NCBI RefSeq assembly: GCF_006345805.1
Contig: NC_043000.1
Coordinates: 39,990,001 to 40,054,000, forward strand
Direction: 5' to 3'
Source: Octopus sinensis
Lineage: Eukaryota
Length of the DNA stretch: 64,000 bases
Shown: positions 1-14,330 of the stretch, piece after piece
Layout: every line of letters begins with the position of its first letter
How positions within the stretch are numbered: position 1 is the first letter of the stretch
Translations under genes and position numbers: made by a program
Notes under the pieces: generated by a model
The model's database searches: none
What the model was told of the DNA's origin: nothing
The model's input: the letters and a program-made list of their open reading frames with translations, nothing else

Positions 1-800
1 CTGAAAGGCAACATTTAACTTCAGTGGGATTTGAACTTGGAATGTAATGGATGTAAGGTATTTTTTTTTTTTTCTAACACTAATGATTTTGTAGAATAAT
101 TTTCGACAAAAGCACAAGTTTGAGAGAAGTGGGTGTTTGAAGAATGAAAGGTAACAGCCAACATTAAAACAAAAGTGCTGCAACTAAACATCACTGGACA
201 TTTTGTTTATTGCTCTACAAATTCTGTAATGATTTATAACACAAAATACATTATAGAGAACCTAACAGTTCAGGCATGGACAGCCTTTTCCAAGAAGCAG
301 ACCACATGAGACATGGCTCATCATCAGGCAGACTACACCACAAAAAAAATTTTCAAGGCAATTTTTCCTTTGCATGTCTTGTGGACTGTAGTTTGTCAAG
401 GACTGCACCAGTTCAAATACAGTAAATATACTGTGATAGAACTAGTGAGAGCAAGTCTACCTAACAAAGTTCTTATTTATTCCCTTATTGCAATGATTTC
501 CAATTTTTCTATGACCACAACAATGTCTATATTTCCACTTCAAAGCACCATTGTTTCTATATGGTTGATAATATTGACCCTAAGAGTTAACTGATGACTT
601 ATTTTTATTGATCCTTGAAGAAAAATGAAAAGGCAAAAAAAAAAAAAAAAAAAATCAACCCTACCATGATTTGAACACAGGAAAAAATTGAATAAAGTTT
701 CTTGCTGAAGAGTGTGTGGATGGTAAACATAAAACCTAACCATCAACTGAGATTGAACCTGTCTCTACTGTACAGAAAATGATGGTAATATTTCATAACT

Positions 801-1020
801 GCAAGGTAGCTATCTGGCAGAATTGTTAGCATGCCAAATAAAATGCTTAACAGTGTTTCATCTGACTTTATGTTCTGAGTTCAAATTCTGCCGAGGTTGA
901 CTTTGTCTTTCTTTCTTTTAGGTTGATAGAAAAAGTACCAGTTGACCACTGGGGTCAATGTATTACATCAATTTACCCTCTCCCACAAAATTGCTGGCCT
1001 TATTCCAAAATTTGAAACCA
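801..1020 (+). mobile_element. tRNA-headed SINE, family A (my label), CpG-decayed copy
   Basis: A-box/B-box-like head (ctggcagaattgttagc ... gagttcaaattctgcc) and body homologous to the copy at 57825-58052. Flanked by a 13-bp near-identical direct repeat: atatttcataact (788-800) and atattccataact (1021-1033). Confidence 0.8.
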
Positions 1021-1071
1021 ATATTCCATAACTCCATTTATATTCCTTGTTTATAAATATACTATGATTAA

Positions 1072-1290
1072 CCCTTTTGGTATGAAATCACCTAAGACTG
1101 CCCCTGGTTCTACGATATAAATTTCTAGTTTAAAGTGATCTAAATAAAAAATTTCCCATTTAAAAATTCTATGTTAATTTTGATTTCAAAATATCAGCTT
1201 AATAATAACAAAGTTATCTTACTAAATTCATTATTTTCGAAAATTCAAAGAAAGGAAGTGTATTTCAACAGAAATAGAGCAACAAAAGGT
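1072..1290. mobile_element. piggyBac-type MITE (TTAA-flanked)
   Basis: Starts ttaa|cccttttgg and ends caaaaggt|ttaa. Internally similar to the copy at 17075-17296. Confidence 0.7.
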
Positions 1291-3191
1291 TTAAAGTGAA
1301 GTGACAGCAGAATTAAGTTTCAGGAGAATACTTCCACTTTGTACATTGGCTTGAAACCATAGGACAATGTCTAACTAGTGGTTGTTGTTCATCATTATCA
1401 TCAAGTAGGTAACAACGGTGGGTCAACAGCTCTGTCAATTTTTGAGTGAGACAACCAAATACAAGCAAGAACAATAGGAAATATTAGTGCTAGATCTAAT
1501 TTCTGGGAGTGTAAAGCAAGTATGGACAAATTCCATTTTCCCCTCAAAAATAAAAATAATAAAAAATTTGCAAACCTTAAACCAGGGTTTGGGTGTGCAT
1601 TTGAAAAGGTTAGCTATTGTGTGTCAATACACTATGGTCAAAGAAGTCAACAGAGAAGCCTCAATATAGACATGGATATGCTAGAAATAGCCAAATCTCT
1701 TACACTTCTGTCTTTTAAAGAAGAAAGGTGAGTACATTGGATGTAACAATCAGGGATACACTAAACCTGAAAACAAGAAGAAGAAAAGAAAAACAGGATG
1801 ATCAGAATTGAAATGGTTTCAATTAGGAGTCTGTTTGATCAGAGTAAGCTTAAGATTAAGTGTTGAAAGAAGAAGTAAAAAGGAGGTTAGTAGTGAACCA
1901 AATTTCTACATTTGGCAATACATCAAATAACCTGAATTAATTGTTGACCTTCCACTGACGATTGTTTAATTGATTTTTATTTTTGATAAATTGAGGTATG
2001 ATGGGGGGGGGGTGCAGTAATGATGCTACAGAGATAATCAGATCGTGTCTCAGGCATTTTACACATTGTTTACAAAACCAGTTGTCATAATGACTGTCAG
2101 AGAAGTCCACTGATGTGTAATTCATGCACAAGAGGGTAGATTTATAAGTTTTCATCAACATAAACACAGATTATTTTGATTTAGAATGTAGCTGAAATAT
2201 CACAACATACACTCATTCACTCTCTCACTGGTAGGGGAGGTGAGGAAGTGAAGGTGTAGCTTTCACTTTTGGTGCATTTCTAACATACTGTATTTAAACT
2301 AGTGAGAATAAGTCCATCTAACAAAGTTCTCTTTCCCTTAGTGCAGCAGTTTCCAATGTTTTTGCGACCACATCACTTTTTCTGTTTTCAGTAGTCCCTG
2401 TTTTATTCCAATAGAGAAAATATAAGTTCCAGAGGGAAGTTTGCTATGCTCTGAAAGCATCTTTTTCACTAACCACCCCCTCTCTGTTCTGCACTCTTCT
2501 ATTTTGGAAATACAGAGTTTGACGCTTTTTGTCGATTGTACTGTTTAAATATAAAACCTTGCAACAGCTCTAACAATTGCTGATGACAACCCTTAATGCT
2601 TCAGATTACAAAGTCCAAATCCAAGCTACAAAGATTTGGTAAAAGAAATTCACAAATTATCAGTCTGATACCCATAACCTTATCTATTTGAACATTACCT
2701 TCTTTAATCCTGGAAAAGAAAGGACACATACAACAATGGAGTCTTTGAAACATCTCTAAAACGATGGGATGGTCATGGCTGGAAGTTTTCTAATCACAAT
2801 CTAAATCAGCTCGATTGATGCTAACCTGGGGATTTAACAACAGCAACAACTTCTGCAATCCTAAGTCTACTCAAGCAGAGCTGACCTGGACCTGCAGCTG
2901 GACTACTACTACCACCATTGCTGCTGCTGCTGCTGCTACTGCTACTACTACAGCAAGATAAAACACTAAATCATGCAATTCAGTATCCATGTATCCTACT
3001 AATTCTGCCACTGTCTGCAATCATTGAATACGGATGTATTTTATATGTAAACACAAATTACTTTCACAACACAAGAATCAAAAACAAGAGCATTTTGAAA
3101 GAGACATGCAGTCAGATTTCAGTTAATCTATGATTAGTTTTGTCCACAAAAAACATTTAAATCTATTCAAGTCTTTCTCATAGGTCATCAG

Positions 3192-3686
3192 ATCATCATC
3201 GTCATTTAACATTCGCTTTCCATGCTAGCATGGGTTGGATGATTCGACTGAGGTCTGGCGAACCAGATGGCTGCACCAGACTCCAATCTGATCTGGCAGA
3301 ATTTCTACAGCTTGATACCCTTCCTAATGCCAACCACTCTGAGAGTGTAGTGGGTGCTTTTACGTGTCACTGGCACAAGGGCCAGTCAGGCGGTACTGGT
3401 AACAGCCATGCTCAAATAGTGCTTTTTATGTGCCACCTGCACAGTAGCCAGTCCAGTGGCACTGGCAACGATCTGGCTCGAATGTTTTTTCACATGCCAC
3501 CAGCACAAGTGTTAGTAAGGCGACGCAGGTAATGATCACGCTCCAATGGTGTTTTTAATGTGCCATTGGCTCGGAGGCCAGCTTGTTGCTCTGGCCCCGA
3601 TCTCATTCATATGGTTCTCTTAGTGCTCCACTAGCACAGATGCCAGTCATCGAATTTGATTTCGATTTCACTTGCCTCAACAAGTC
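3192..3686 (-). mobile_element. RTE-clade LINE 3' UTR and tail (5'-truncated)
   Basis: Reverse complement ends ...ccaacccatgctagcatggaaagcgaatgttaaatgacgatgatgat, matching the 3' end of the RTE element at 28523-29438. Confidence 0.8.
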
Positions 3687-6255
3687 ATTGATATAAAATT
3701 AAATATCTTAGTTTTCTTTTTCTTTTATCTTCATCATAATAACCCTCCCTTTAAAAAAGGAGCCCCTACCTCTACATGTTCAGTTTACTTCACTTTTTAA
3801 CTTTTTTGAATAGTTTGTCATTGGGCTGTGGCCATGCTGGGGCACCATACCTGTAAGCAGTCGCCTAAATCATATATGATACTTATCTTATCAATCACTA
3901 TTAAATGGCTAAGTTATATCTTTTGAAATAAAAGAGCAACTCAACACATCGGTTTACATTTGATTAGAAAGCTAACAAATTCCAGTAGTCTCCATGAAAG
4001 TTCTAGGACATCAAATAATATGACATCAAATAATCTTTTCCCACATGTGGAAGATGTTGTAGGGAGTCATGTCCCATAGTTTAAAAACTAAGTTTTAGAG
4101 GTCTTTCAGTACACTTTAGAAGTTCAGAAATAAACAAGTACAATACTCTGCAGTAAGTTGGTGTCTTACAGACAAAGACAAACATATTGGGATGGAGGAC
4201 AGTCAGTGAAATTAACCCCATATAGATTTTTTTTTAATATTGTTATATCGAAACTTAAGAACAATACCATCATTAGCTACAGATTTCCAATGGATCAATC
4301 GTTAGTTTCATATTTCTGATGGTGAAAAGGACAAGGAAGTGTCTATGGAATAAACCCTAAAAAGTGTTTTAGTTTGAAAGCACCAGTTCAGGGATTTTCT
4401 TGCTAATATTTGTCAATGAAAAATACACACACACGAGACATCGACATAATTTCTGACTACAAAACTTCATAGACAAGCTATTGGTCAGCCTGCTGTTATG
4501 ATAGGAGATATTCATTTGTGCAAGGGACCATGTGGTTGCAAAGTGAACATCTTAACTACATAGACAGACCCATCTAAACTTGATCCATAGTTTATTTTAA
4601 AGACTCTGGAAATTTATAGAGAAGTGAATCTAGTAGATTCGTTGCCCATACTCCTCCAGAGAAAGTTATTTGAATGATGATAATGATAATCATTATTGGT
4701 TTTAGATATCTATACTTTATTTTCCAAGCTAGCATAAGTTTGATAGGTTTACAAAGTTATATAATTATCTATTGTCATCTTTTCCACACCAGTTATCAAC
4801 GTAACTGCACATATTGTACATATGTTTGTGCACATGTATATTGTAAGCATGTGCATGTATGTATGTGCATGCATGTAAGTATGTATACAATTATGTATGT
4901 ATGTATGTATGAACTTGTATATATGACTGTGTGTAGTGCCAACAACAGAATATGCTACAGGAAATATTTAGGATGACACTGTATTTCACGACATGGCAAT
5001 TGACTGCAGTAATAACAAATGCAGCAGTGTTAAGAGAGAAGACAGTAGGAGAGCATTCAACATTCCTAAGCATGGATAGACTTATGAAAAGGTATTTATG
5101 TGATAGTATCTGATACTGCAACAAAATACAGACAGGCACTCCATACATACAGATGGTTCATTTACTGAGAAGTTATGTTAGCTATGCAGTGAAGGAGAAA
5201 ACAAAGTAGATGAAAATAGTGAGGAAGAAAAAAACAATTGGAGGAGTTTAAGAAGACAATGGCAAAGAAGGTGACAGCAAAGGGGGGAAAAAAGCTAAAG
5301 GAGAAAAAAGTCATAGATAGACAAAAAACAAAACCAAAAAAATCATCCTTCTCTCCAGAAAAAAACGCTAGTAAAATAATATATAAGAATGAAAAAGTGA
5401 TAGCTTCAAAAATAATATCAAAGAAAAGGGTTTTAAGATAATTCACTGCCATTTTTGTTTTATGACTTGAAGAGAGAGGGGAGAGGGAGAGAAAGAGAGA
5501 GATAGGGAAAAGAGAGAGGGAGGGAGAGAAAGAGAGAGAGTGTGTTTGTAAAAGATCTACTAGAGTGGAAGACATGACCCCAGATTTTGTTTATAGATGA
5601 ATGAACATACATACACACATACATACATATATACATAAAGACAATGCTGACAATCGGCTGAAGATTAACACAAGCAGTGCAAGGATTCAGTTAAGCTATT
5701 TGCATAAACAAAAGCAGCACTAATATGTATTAAGATTAGGAAATCTAAGATCTTCAATGATAGGAAATACTTAAGGAATGAAACAAGCAATGTCTTTGTA
5801 TATAAGAAAAGGAAAGAAAAAAGAATATAAAAAGTAAATTTAATTTGTACTGAGAACCTATTTCTAAGAACAAAATAACTGACATGATGACACAAGGGGT
5901 GTTGGTAATTAAGACACAAGCTGTCATGGAAATGAAAACATTTCCTAAACAAAGCAATGGAAGATGATGTATAGACAGATGTGGTGCAACGAGAACATTA
6001 ATCCGTAGAGGGTGTAAGAAATGAATTAAGAGTAGATCGAAATTAGTAACAGAAACAGGACAGGGGATGCTACATGAAATAGACTACTTGTCACATGCAT
6101 GGGCAAGTTGTTAAGATGATTGCCTCAACTGTTTCTCAGTTAAAATTATCCTGCAATAACACCTTGAGCAAACGTTTTATCTGGTAGCATAAGGCTGACC
6201 AATACATTGTGGGTCAAATTTATTAAAAACCACATGGAAGCCTGTTGCATATGTA

Positions 6256-7458
6256 CAGGGTGCATAAGATATTTGAGGACAGATTTATGAAAAAAGCATA
6301 TGTAGTAACAGATAACTTTATTTATCAAAAAATGCTATGAGAATAAAAATAAACCTTTTCTATAATGTTATTCAATAAAGCCACCCTCAGCTTCAACAAG
6401 TGCTTCTATATGAGATCTAAATCATCTACGTGCTCAAATCAAGAGGTCCTGGTTCATTTTGAACATTACTCTGACTATGGCAGCTTTCAAAGAATCTTTG
6501 ATGTTATGAACATGTTCATTGACCTCTCTCTCAACAATGCTCCACATGTATAGTCCAATGGATTGAGATCTGAGGAATTAGGAGGCCAAATGTTAGGGGT
6601 TATGTGATCAGCCATCCATTCCTGTATTACTAGAGCCATGTGTGATAGTGCAGAGTCTTGCTGAAACACATATGGCCTTCCATTGCATACACTGTCTATC
6701 AAGGGCTTAACAATTATTTCCAGGACCTCAATGTAGGTGGTAGTGTTAACTCTAAGGCCTTGTGGAAAGAAGTAAGGAGACATTACATGTCCTTCATTGC
6801 TGACAACTCCTAAAACTATGACAGTTGCAAGAAATTTTGTATGCATAACACTTGGAACTTCAGAAGGGTCTACACATAACCATCTGTTATCTCTTCTAAC
6901 TTTTTGATCTTGGTTGAAGTTTTTCTCGTTTGAGAAAAACCAAATCAAATTTTCTGTTGGATTTTTCAATTTGCTTAAGAGCCTTTTAGTGATTTTCTTT
7001 TGCTTTTTCTGACAAATTAACCTTTCCTCATCGTATAAGACTTTTAACTGATGTCTTCGTGGACAACATTTCTGATTGTTCCTTCTGACACATGGTGATC
7101 TTTTGCAATTGACCTCATGGACTTTATGGGATTGTAATCAATGGTCTGTTGAACTTGCTGGATAAATTTAAGTGTTCTGATGATTTCAGAGCATCTAGAG
7201 TGCTTTTTATACCTTAATACTGGTGATACATTCCTTTCTTCAGTCTCTAGCTCATTACAAACTCTGTAGATGAAAGATCTGGCAACTTTTAAAAATAGAG
7301 ATATTTCTAAATCACTATGCTCAGCCTTTATAATCACAACAGCATGCCATTTCATTTCTTGAGTAAGCTGAGGGTGTGCCATTATTATTTTCTGAAACAA
7401 AGATTATACAGAGTTAGCAAAAGATGCACCAATGTCCTCAAACGCCTTACACACCATG
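6256..7458 (-). mobile_element. Tc1/mariner transposon, maT (DD37D-like) family, near full length, decayed
   Basis: Imperfect 26-bp TIRs: cagggtgcataagatatttgaggaca (6256-6281) and tgtcctcaaacgccttacacaccatg (7433-7458), with TA on the left. ORF 7044-7400 carries the HTH region (SMRSIAKDHHVSEGTIRNVVHED). ORF 6487-6969 carries the catalytic motifs FSNEKNF, YVFQQDSA and WPPNSSDLNPLDY. The first Asp is changed to Asn and the D2-D3 spacing is 33 here, so assignment to DD37D assumes a small deletion. Confidence 0.88.
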
Positions 7459-7746
7459 TGTATGATATGCATATGTACTGGTATGGTTATGTAGTTAAGA
7501 AGTTCAGTTAAACACCCTAGTAGTTCCAGGTTCAATCTTACACTGTGTAACCCCCTGGACAATTGGCTTCTATTATAGCTTGGGTCCAACCCATGCTAGC
7601 ATGAAAGGACAATGTAAAATGACTATATAAATATTTTACACCAGGTCTACTTTACCTTGGGTCACCCAAAGCCTTGTAATTGGATTTTGTAGATGGAGAC
7701 TGAAATAAGCCTGTTGTCTCTGTGTGAGTGTATATATACACACAAA

Positions 7747-7925
7747 GGGGTGCTGAAAATTTCCTGGCTTTGGGCAAAAGAAAATACAGTGGGATCAGTT
7801 AATTATGATTTTATTTAACATATTCCCCTCTCAGATTCACACACTTATTGCAGCAGTCCTTCAGTTTCCCTAAGCCCTGTAAAAGAACTCAGAAGGTTGG
7901 GCTTCCAGCCAGGCCTTTCATTATA
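7747..7925 (+). mobile_element. Short mariner-derived MITE
   Basis: Begins aggggtgctgaaaatttcctggc after a TA/CA run. The reverse-complement terminus gccaggaacttttcagcaccc occurs near 16595-16615. Confidence 0.5.
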
Positions 7926-8029
7926 CCTTTAAAGCCATGAAATTTTCAGCAACCCCTCATGTGTGTGTGCATACACACACATTTGTGATTGTTTTGAGTG
8001 TGTGTACAAAATTGGTTGACAAAACGAGA

Positions 8030-8072
8030 GAGGGAGAGAGAAAGAGAGAGAGAGATAGAAAGAGAGAAAGAA

Positions 8073-8121
<49 letters not shown>
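8030..8121. repeat. (GA)n microsatellite
   Basis: Direct reading of the sequence. Confidence 0.95.
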
Positions 8122-8124
<3 letters not shown>

Positions 8125-8855
8125 GAATAGCGAGATAAAAAGACAAAGGTAGGAAAAGTGAGTGGTGAAAGATCAAACAATTTTTTTAAGACCTTGTTGA
8201 CTCATAGGTTCACATAAAAATAAATTGTGTGTGTGCATGCATGTATAAGTAGCTGGAAGACTGGTGTAGACATGTATATATATAAACCACCCACATAGTG
8301 TGTGCATGTGTTGTGTATGCATTAGGGTTTCTGAAGCCGTGTTGCTAGTACTAATAGGTGTACTGAAAATTCAAATTAAATGGTGCCTGTGTTTGAATAT
8401 CAATACTGAAAATTCTGAGAAAGTGTGTTAACTTGTCATTAAAGGGGTGTTGAACTTACAAAAGAGTAAGAAATACTAGTCTATATTCTGCCATTTGTTG
8501 TCGTGTGTGTGCATATGCATGCCTTTCTACATGCATATCAGTACCATATTACAAATGCAATGCAGCCAGCTCTAGTTTCAAATGACACTACACTTCTATA
8601 TAATCAGTTCCTTGTGACCTGAACATTTCTCAGAAATAGTTAAAATACACATGACAAAAGGAATAGGTGAAATATACATGACAATAGGAATACGTTTACA
8701 CAGAAACTGCATGAGTGTAGATGTGTATCTATGTATACACACACACATACACATGCAAATACATATATACACACACACACGCATATACACATATATGCAG
8801 ACACATGCACACACACATATACACACATACATATACACACATATACACACACACA

Positions 8856-10026
8856 TCGGATCATCCCATAAATAATGAGGTTTTTTATACTTCTTTTATT
8901 TTTCAAAATTACGATAAAGTTCTTTTTTAATCTAAAATATATTCTTCTTCATTCACTTGTCTGTGACAAAAAATCCTCCTACGATACTGTTCTAACCTTA
9001 TCTACAGAATTCATATTTTATCTGTCCAAATGATTTTGAAGACTGCATTATTAATTATAATCAGATGGAGTAATGTCTGGTGAATATGGTAGGCAGGGTA
9101 TCGTTTCCTATTCAAACTGCTCCAACCTCACTGTATATGGCTGAGCATTATCCTGATGGAAGAACACCTTTCGTCTTGAAACCAAAGATGGTCATTTTTC
9201 TTCTGGCATGGACTAAGCCACTCAAGCTGCTCACTGTAGATCTCCTTTGTTATTCTTTGGTTTGGGTTTAAAAGTTCAAAGTGGACTAAACCTTTCATAT
9301 CCCACCAAACAGATAACAACACCTTATGTGGGTGAAGATCTTATTTAGCGTGGGGTGCTGGTATTTCTCCTTTCCCAAACCACTGTCTTTGGTGCTTAAC
9401 ATTTTTATAGAGAACCTGTTTCTCATCACCAGTTACTATGCAGTCCAAAGAAGATTCATTCGTGAGATGTGGCAGCAAAGAAGAGCACACATTCTCTGCC
9501 CACGATTAGACTCGGAAAGTTTGTAAGGAACCCACTGACCCAATTTACTGACTTTTCTGATGGCACGCAAGTGTTGATGAATGGTTGAATGACCAAATCC
9601 AAGCTTCTCTGCTAGTTCAACAGTTATGATGGAATTTTGTTTCACCATTTGCAACATGACCTCATCGAGCTCTACAGATGTTCCAGGACAAGGCTCTTCT
9701 TGTAGGCTGTAGTTTCTGGCTTGGAATTTCTGGAACCACCATTGACACTGGCTTGTGTTTATTGTTTGAACCCCATATACTGCATTAATATTCCTCACAA
9801 TTTCCATTGCACTGTTGTCTTTATTGAACTCATAAAGCAAAATATACCGAATATGCTCCTTTTCCACTTCCATTATAGCTTTGAAAAAATAACTTAAAAT
9901 CGAACTGCACTCTTTAAAACTTGCACTAAGAATAAATAGCAAGTTGATGCAGGTAGTTTATCCCATCCCCGTCTGACTTTTAGTTCATGCAATTGAAAAA
10001 ACTGCATTATTTATGAGATGACCCAA
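8856..10026 (-). mobile_element. mariner (DD34D) transposon, near full length, pseudogenised
   Basis: TIRs tcggatcatcccataaataatgaggtttttt (from 8856) and aaaaaactgcattatttatgagatgacccaa (to 10026), followed by TA. ORF 9436-9942 has a mariner HTH (HIRYILLYEFNK...QWWFQKFQ...GQWVPYKL). Shifted frames give IVTGDEK, LHPHKVLLSVWWD, HQDNA and PYSPDITPSDY. Stops and frameshifts are present. Confidence 0.92.
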
Positions 10027-13000
10027 TATATATATATATACACACACACACATACTACATGGTATATAAATACTCTTCTATAGACTAAACTTTGAAGTGA
10101 CACATGCACTCCTACCTGCCTGCATGCTTCTTTTGATTACGCTTGTTAAAGAACTGAGAATAGAGCTCATACCAGCTCTTTAGTTTGGTTAAATGATTCT
10201 CAGTGTTATTTCTTATAACAGCTTGTTGCTTAATCACATATGAACCATGTTAAAGCAGATCATCATCCTCATCCCCATTATCATCGTTTTAACATCCACT
10301 TTTCCTTACTTGCATGGGTCAGACGGAATTTATTGAAGCAGACTTTCTATGGCTGGAAGCCCTCCCGGATGCCAATGCTCACTTGTGGGAGGAATTGAAT
10401 CCTGGTCTCCCATGTGGCAAGCAGGGATAATAATAAAATAAAATAGTATCTGGTCAAGAGACAACACGTCTATATTAGAGATGACTAATTTATCAACTCT
10501 AACTTCTATGGAGATAATCTAGCTAAATAGTAGAAAAACAGCTGAACGTATTTGTGCTGATGCTCTTCTGGACCATGTAACTCTATACAGATACTACCAT
10601 TCTGTACAGCTGATTTACAATCCCTGCTACATCTCTCATCCAACAAGGCATTATTCACATCTTTTCACTGTTTCACAGGCACAAAACCCATAAGTTTCTA
10701 GGATATGATAAAATGATGATATGTGATTTTCAAGACATTGTGAGGTGAAACATTTACAATTCGGAACTGAAGACAGTCATTGAGCATGCTCACAAGAGGC
10801 TTACCAATACTCATTCCAAATGGCTGATGCTCTAGGGAGGTAAGGTAAGTACAGAAGGTAATCTGGGGTGAGATGATGCAATTCAAAGTGCAGTTGATGA
10901 GAGGAGAAAAGACAGGTGTAATAGCTGGGGCTAGGTGGAGGTGATAGATAACTAGCTAGTTCAGAAGTTACATTCATCTTACTTCAACAATACTATTTTA
11001 AAATATTTGAGAAAGGCATGTATGTTTTTCATTTTTATGTCTCTATACATCTGAAGCCCTACATTTCCTGACATCCAGTTTCCAGTTCAGGTTTCACTTT
11101 TCTAATGTTTTGCAAATGACCCTTTGAAAAAGGCATTAATATCTGACAGTAATTTCTTCTCAACTTTAAATTAGGGTGACCTTTGAAACTGTAAGTGATT
11201 TATATTTTCTGCAATTAGAGATTATCAATAAGTGCTGAAAGACAAACCACATTTTTATGTTCTGCCATTAACTGACAGAAATAGATGGCATCTTCATTTC
11301 ATGGTTGAGTTAGTTAATGGCAAGGACACCCAGCTGTGAAAATAGTTACTCCAACCAATATGCAAGTGTCCAAATAAAAAAAAGAAAACTATCCTTGAAT
11401 GGGGTGAGGGAAAGGATGTAAAATATACAAACACGTGTGTGCGCATGCACACACGCACACACACAACTGGCTTGTGTTCCCATCCTAAGTTTCCCTGACA
11501 TTAAAGAACCAAGAACAGAAACCACAATGCTACACAAAAATACTTTGTAAGTTTTAAAGTGAGAAGAAATTTAATAAAATCTCATTGTTCATAATAAACA
11601 GAGGAGTCCAAACTATCCCCTCACACACTCTTAAAAATCTTTATCTGGTTGAAAAGAAAAAGGAAATAATTTTTTTACCTTTCTTTATGCACCAGCTGAC
11701 CACACTACCCCCTTTAGAAATGGTATCAATTTTGATGGCTTCAGAAGCTCACTCTACACTTGCAATAAATTTCTTTATATTTTCTTTCCCTCTGCTCACA
11801 TACCACTGAAGATCTTAACAGTAAGCCAAGTTTTCTCTGTACCATTGTGGATGGGCCACTACAACATACCACTCCTGAACAGACCCTGCCCCGAAGCCCA
11901 CACAACAACAATGAATAGGATATTGGATTAATGGCTTCGGTGTCTTAATTCATATGAACACTAAATTAAAGAGCTAAATACTGAAATTCAGAAACTAAAG
12001 AATATGTTCCTATTTTCCAAAAGGCAAGCTTCCCACCAGCGTTTCTTTTATCAACTGAGATAAGGACAACAAGATTGATTTCCTCAATATGCTACCCTAC
12101 AACCAAAAAGCTGAGGGACCCTCAAATGAAAACAATTCAGAGTCTGTAAAATCACTGAACATGTCTAAGTGTGCTAATAGTGTCTAGCCCCAGGTCGATC
12201 CTATCAAGCAGATCCATGATCAAAAGCTATTATCCACCCATCACTCTATTTTCTTTGTATGTGTGCTACCCAAAATTAAGATAGTGGAATTAAGATAATG
12301 GAGATTTGGTTGCTATTTCTAACAAGGTGAGAAACAACATACAAGCTCTCACATGAGCTTAGCATCTCCTATCCTGGCATTTTCTCAGTTTATCGTTGAG
12401 TGAATATGCAGACAATGAAAAAAAAAAACAAGAAACGCATATACTATGGGATTGGGAGACTCAACTTTGTTGCTCATTAATCTACTTATGACTGGCTACA
12501 TTTCTAATGCCAATGTATTTCACTTAATTTCCAATATAATAAAAATTTTTGAGATGCTTACTAAAGTATCTCAAATGATATATACTATGTTCATATTGCT
12601 TAAATGAAATTTCATATTTAACATTTACGTTAGGTTTTGTTTGAGATCCCTTGTTTAAATATGAATATTTTTATACAGGTGGCCTGATGTGACTTGCTAT
12701 TAAAAAGGGTTAGGTTAAGTTTCACTGTGAATAGTGACCAGTGCAGAGAAACAAAAGCTGCCTGTTGGCTTTTATTCATATATATATATATATATGTGTG
12801 TGTGTATGTATGTATGTATCAAATGAGCTGCACTCATCAGCTTCTATTCAAATTAATGATTCTTATGAAAGAGAGACGGGGAGACAGACAGACAGTGTGT
12901 GAGTGTGTAGGTATAAGTATGCATATGTGTATTTGAGAGAATAAGGAGATGTGTGTTACACACAGTATAAAGAGTATAAGGCAGAATTACATACACAGCT

Positions 13001-13685
13001 GCACAGAGACTCCCTGACCATACATAATTAACAAATAGAAACCATTTAACTGTTTGATTTCTTTACAATGGTAGAAAGAAAACAAAACAACAACCGAGGA
13101 CTGATTGGTGAATTCATACAAAATGTATCAGCTTGTAACAACTAACAGCACAACAATGTCGAGTCTTTTCATATAAATATTTGGATTTGTAGCCTTTCAG
13201 ACCAATTGAATATTATTTGTTGACTGGCATTGTTTCACATGAAAAGAAAAGCATTTATGACTAGATGCTGGTTCCAAATTTGTTTCAAGTAAAGATACCA
13301 GAAGAGTTTTCAGGCCTATTTATATCTACAATCAAAACTCAGATACTGTGTTAAGATAAATGAGAAATAAAGAGATTGGAGTTCAAATTTCTTGTAATTG
13401 CTTCCATTAGTACAGTTGGTATTGTTTTTTGTGTGACTCAGTAGTTGTGAGCTAAAAGATACTGCAACACTGACCAGAAAGTCAAGTATTTAAACCTTAC
13501 AACAGTCTTTTGAAAAAGATTTTATTCTGCTGTTACGTCTATTTCTCAGAAAATAGATTTCATTTCAGTGTCTAATAGTAGGAACCAACAATAAGATAAA
13601 GTTTTCTCATCAGTACTGATGTGAAAAACTACATATAAAACTGAAATGTTTGTGGTGAAATAGTAATTTATGGTGTATTTTATAA

Positions 13686-13994
13686 CAGGAGTCCTTAATC
13701 ACTGGGTCACCGACCAGTACCAGTACATGAGCCACACAGAAAGAATAAATCAAAAAAATTTATTTACTATAGCATATTGTAAATAAACTTTATTTACTAT
13801 TGCAGTCTGCAGGATCTTTTATTTTGAAAAATTATCACGTGAGCCTTTGCCTCTTTCTCACACTTATCTAAGTCACATTTTTTTTTCATACATCGATAAA
13901 ATTTTTTTTCGTCATGCAGGTGACCCCCTACAATCCATTGAAAAATTGTCTTGAATGAAAATGGTTCATAGTGCGAAAAATGTTGGGACAGCTG
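13686..13994. mobile_element. hAT-type MITE
   Basis: Termini caggagtccttaatc and tgttgggacagctg. The 8-bp flanks ttttataa and ttttagaa are 7/8 identical, consistent with a hAT TSD. Confidence 0.65.
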
Positions 13995-13999
13995 TTTTA

Positions 14000-14330
14000 G
14001 AACACAAAACTTCTTACTCTACATGCTTTAATTTACACTCTGATCAAAACATGACAAATTCTATACTACTTCTAAGCATCTTTGCCATGTTAATCTGTAT
14101 CCTCAGTGTCCTTGACAACTACTTCAATGGTTTCATTCAGTTCCTCAGAAGTTGCTGTATCTACATGCATACCAATCTAAACTCATTTGATACAGTTTCT
14201 CCATTTCTTCCCACTTTCCAGACTGTATCTTTCCCAACAGCTGTATCTTCAGGACTTTCTTCTGTATCTATACTCTATTTCTCAGTTTCTAATCTGCTAC
14301 AATAAGACCCAAATGTTAATTGCTCCAATC
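14000..14330 (+). mobile_element. Highly decayed CR1/Jockey-like LINE 3' fragment
   Basis: Weak motif remnants (YFNGF...SSE) resembling the clearer fragment at 58635-59040. Confidence 0.35.

Noticed and set aside
441-520. Similarity to 2298-2380
   Set aside because: Diverged and includes a hAT-MITE-like terminus; most likely an ordinary old interspersed repeat.
5238-5441. Lys-rich, histone-H1-like ORF
   Set aside because: A-rich low-complexity DNA with no globular domain or splice support.
7929-8930. Overlapping ORFs on both strands
   Set aside because: Products of (GA)n and (CA/TA)n microsatellites.
11173-11188. Microexon-like ag|GGTGACCTTTGAAACT|gtaagt, and a similar 12-nt minus-strand case near 16080-16091
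   Set aside because: Such short matches are expected by chance in 64 kb of AT-rich DNA.
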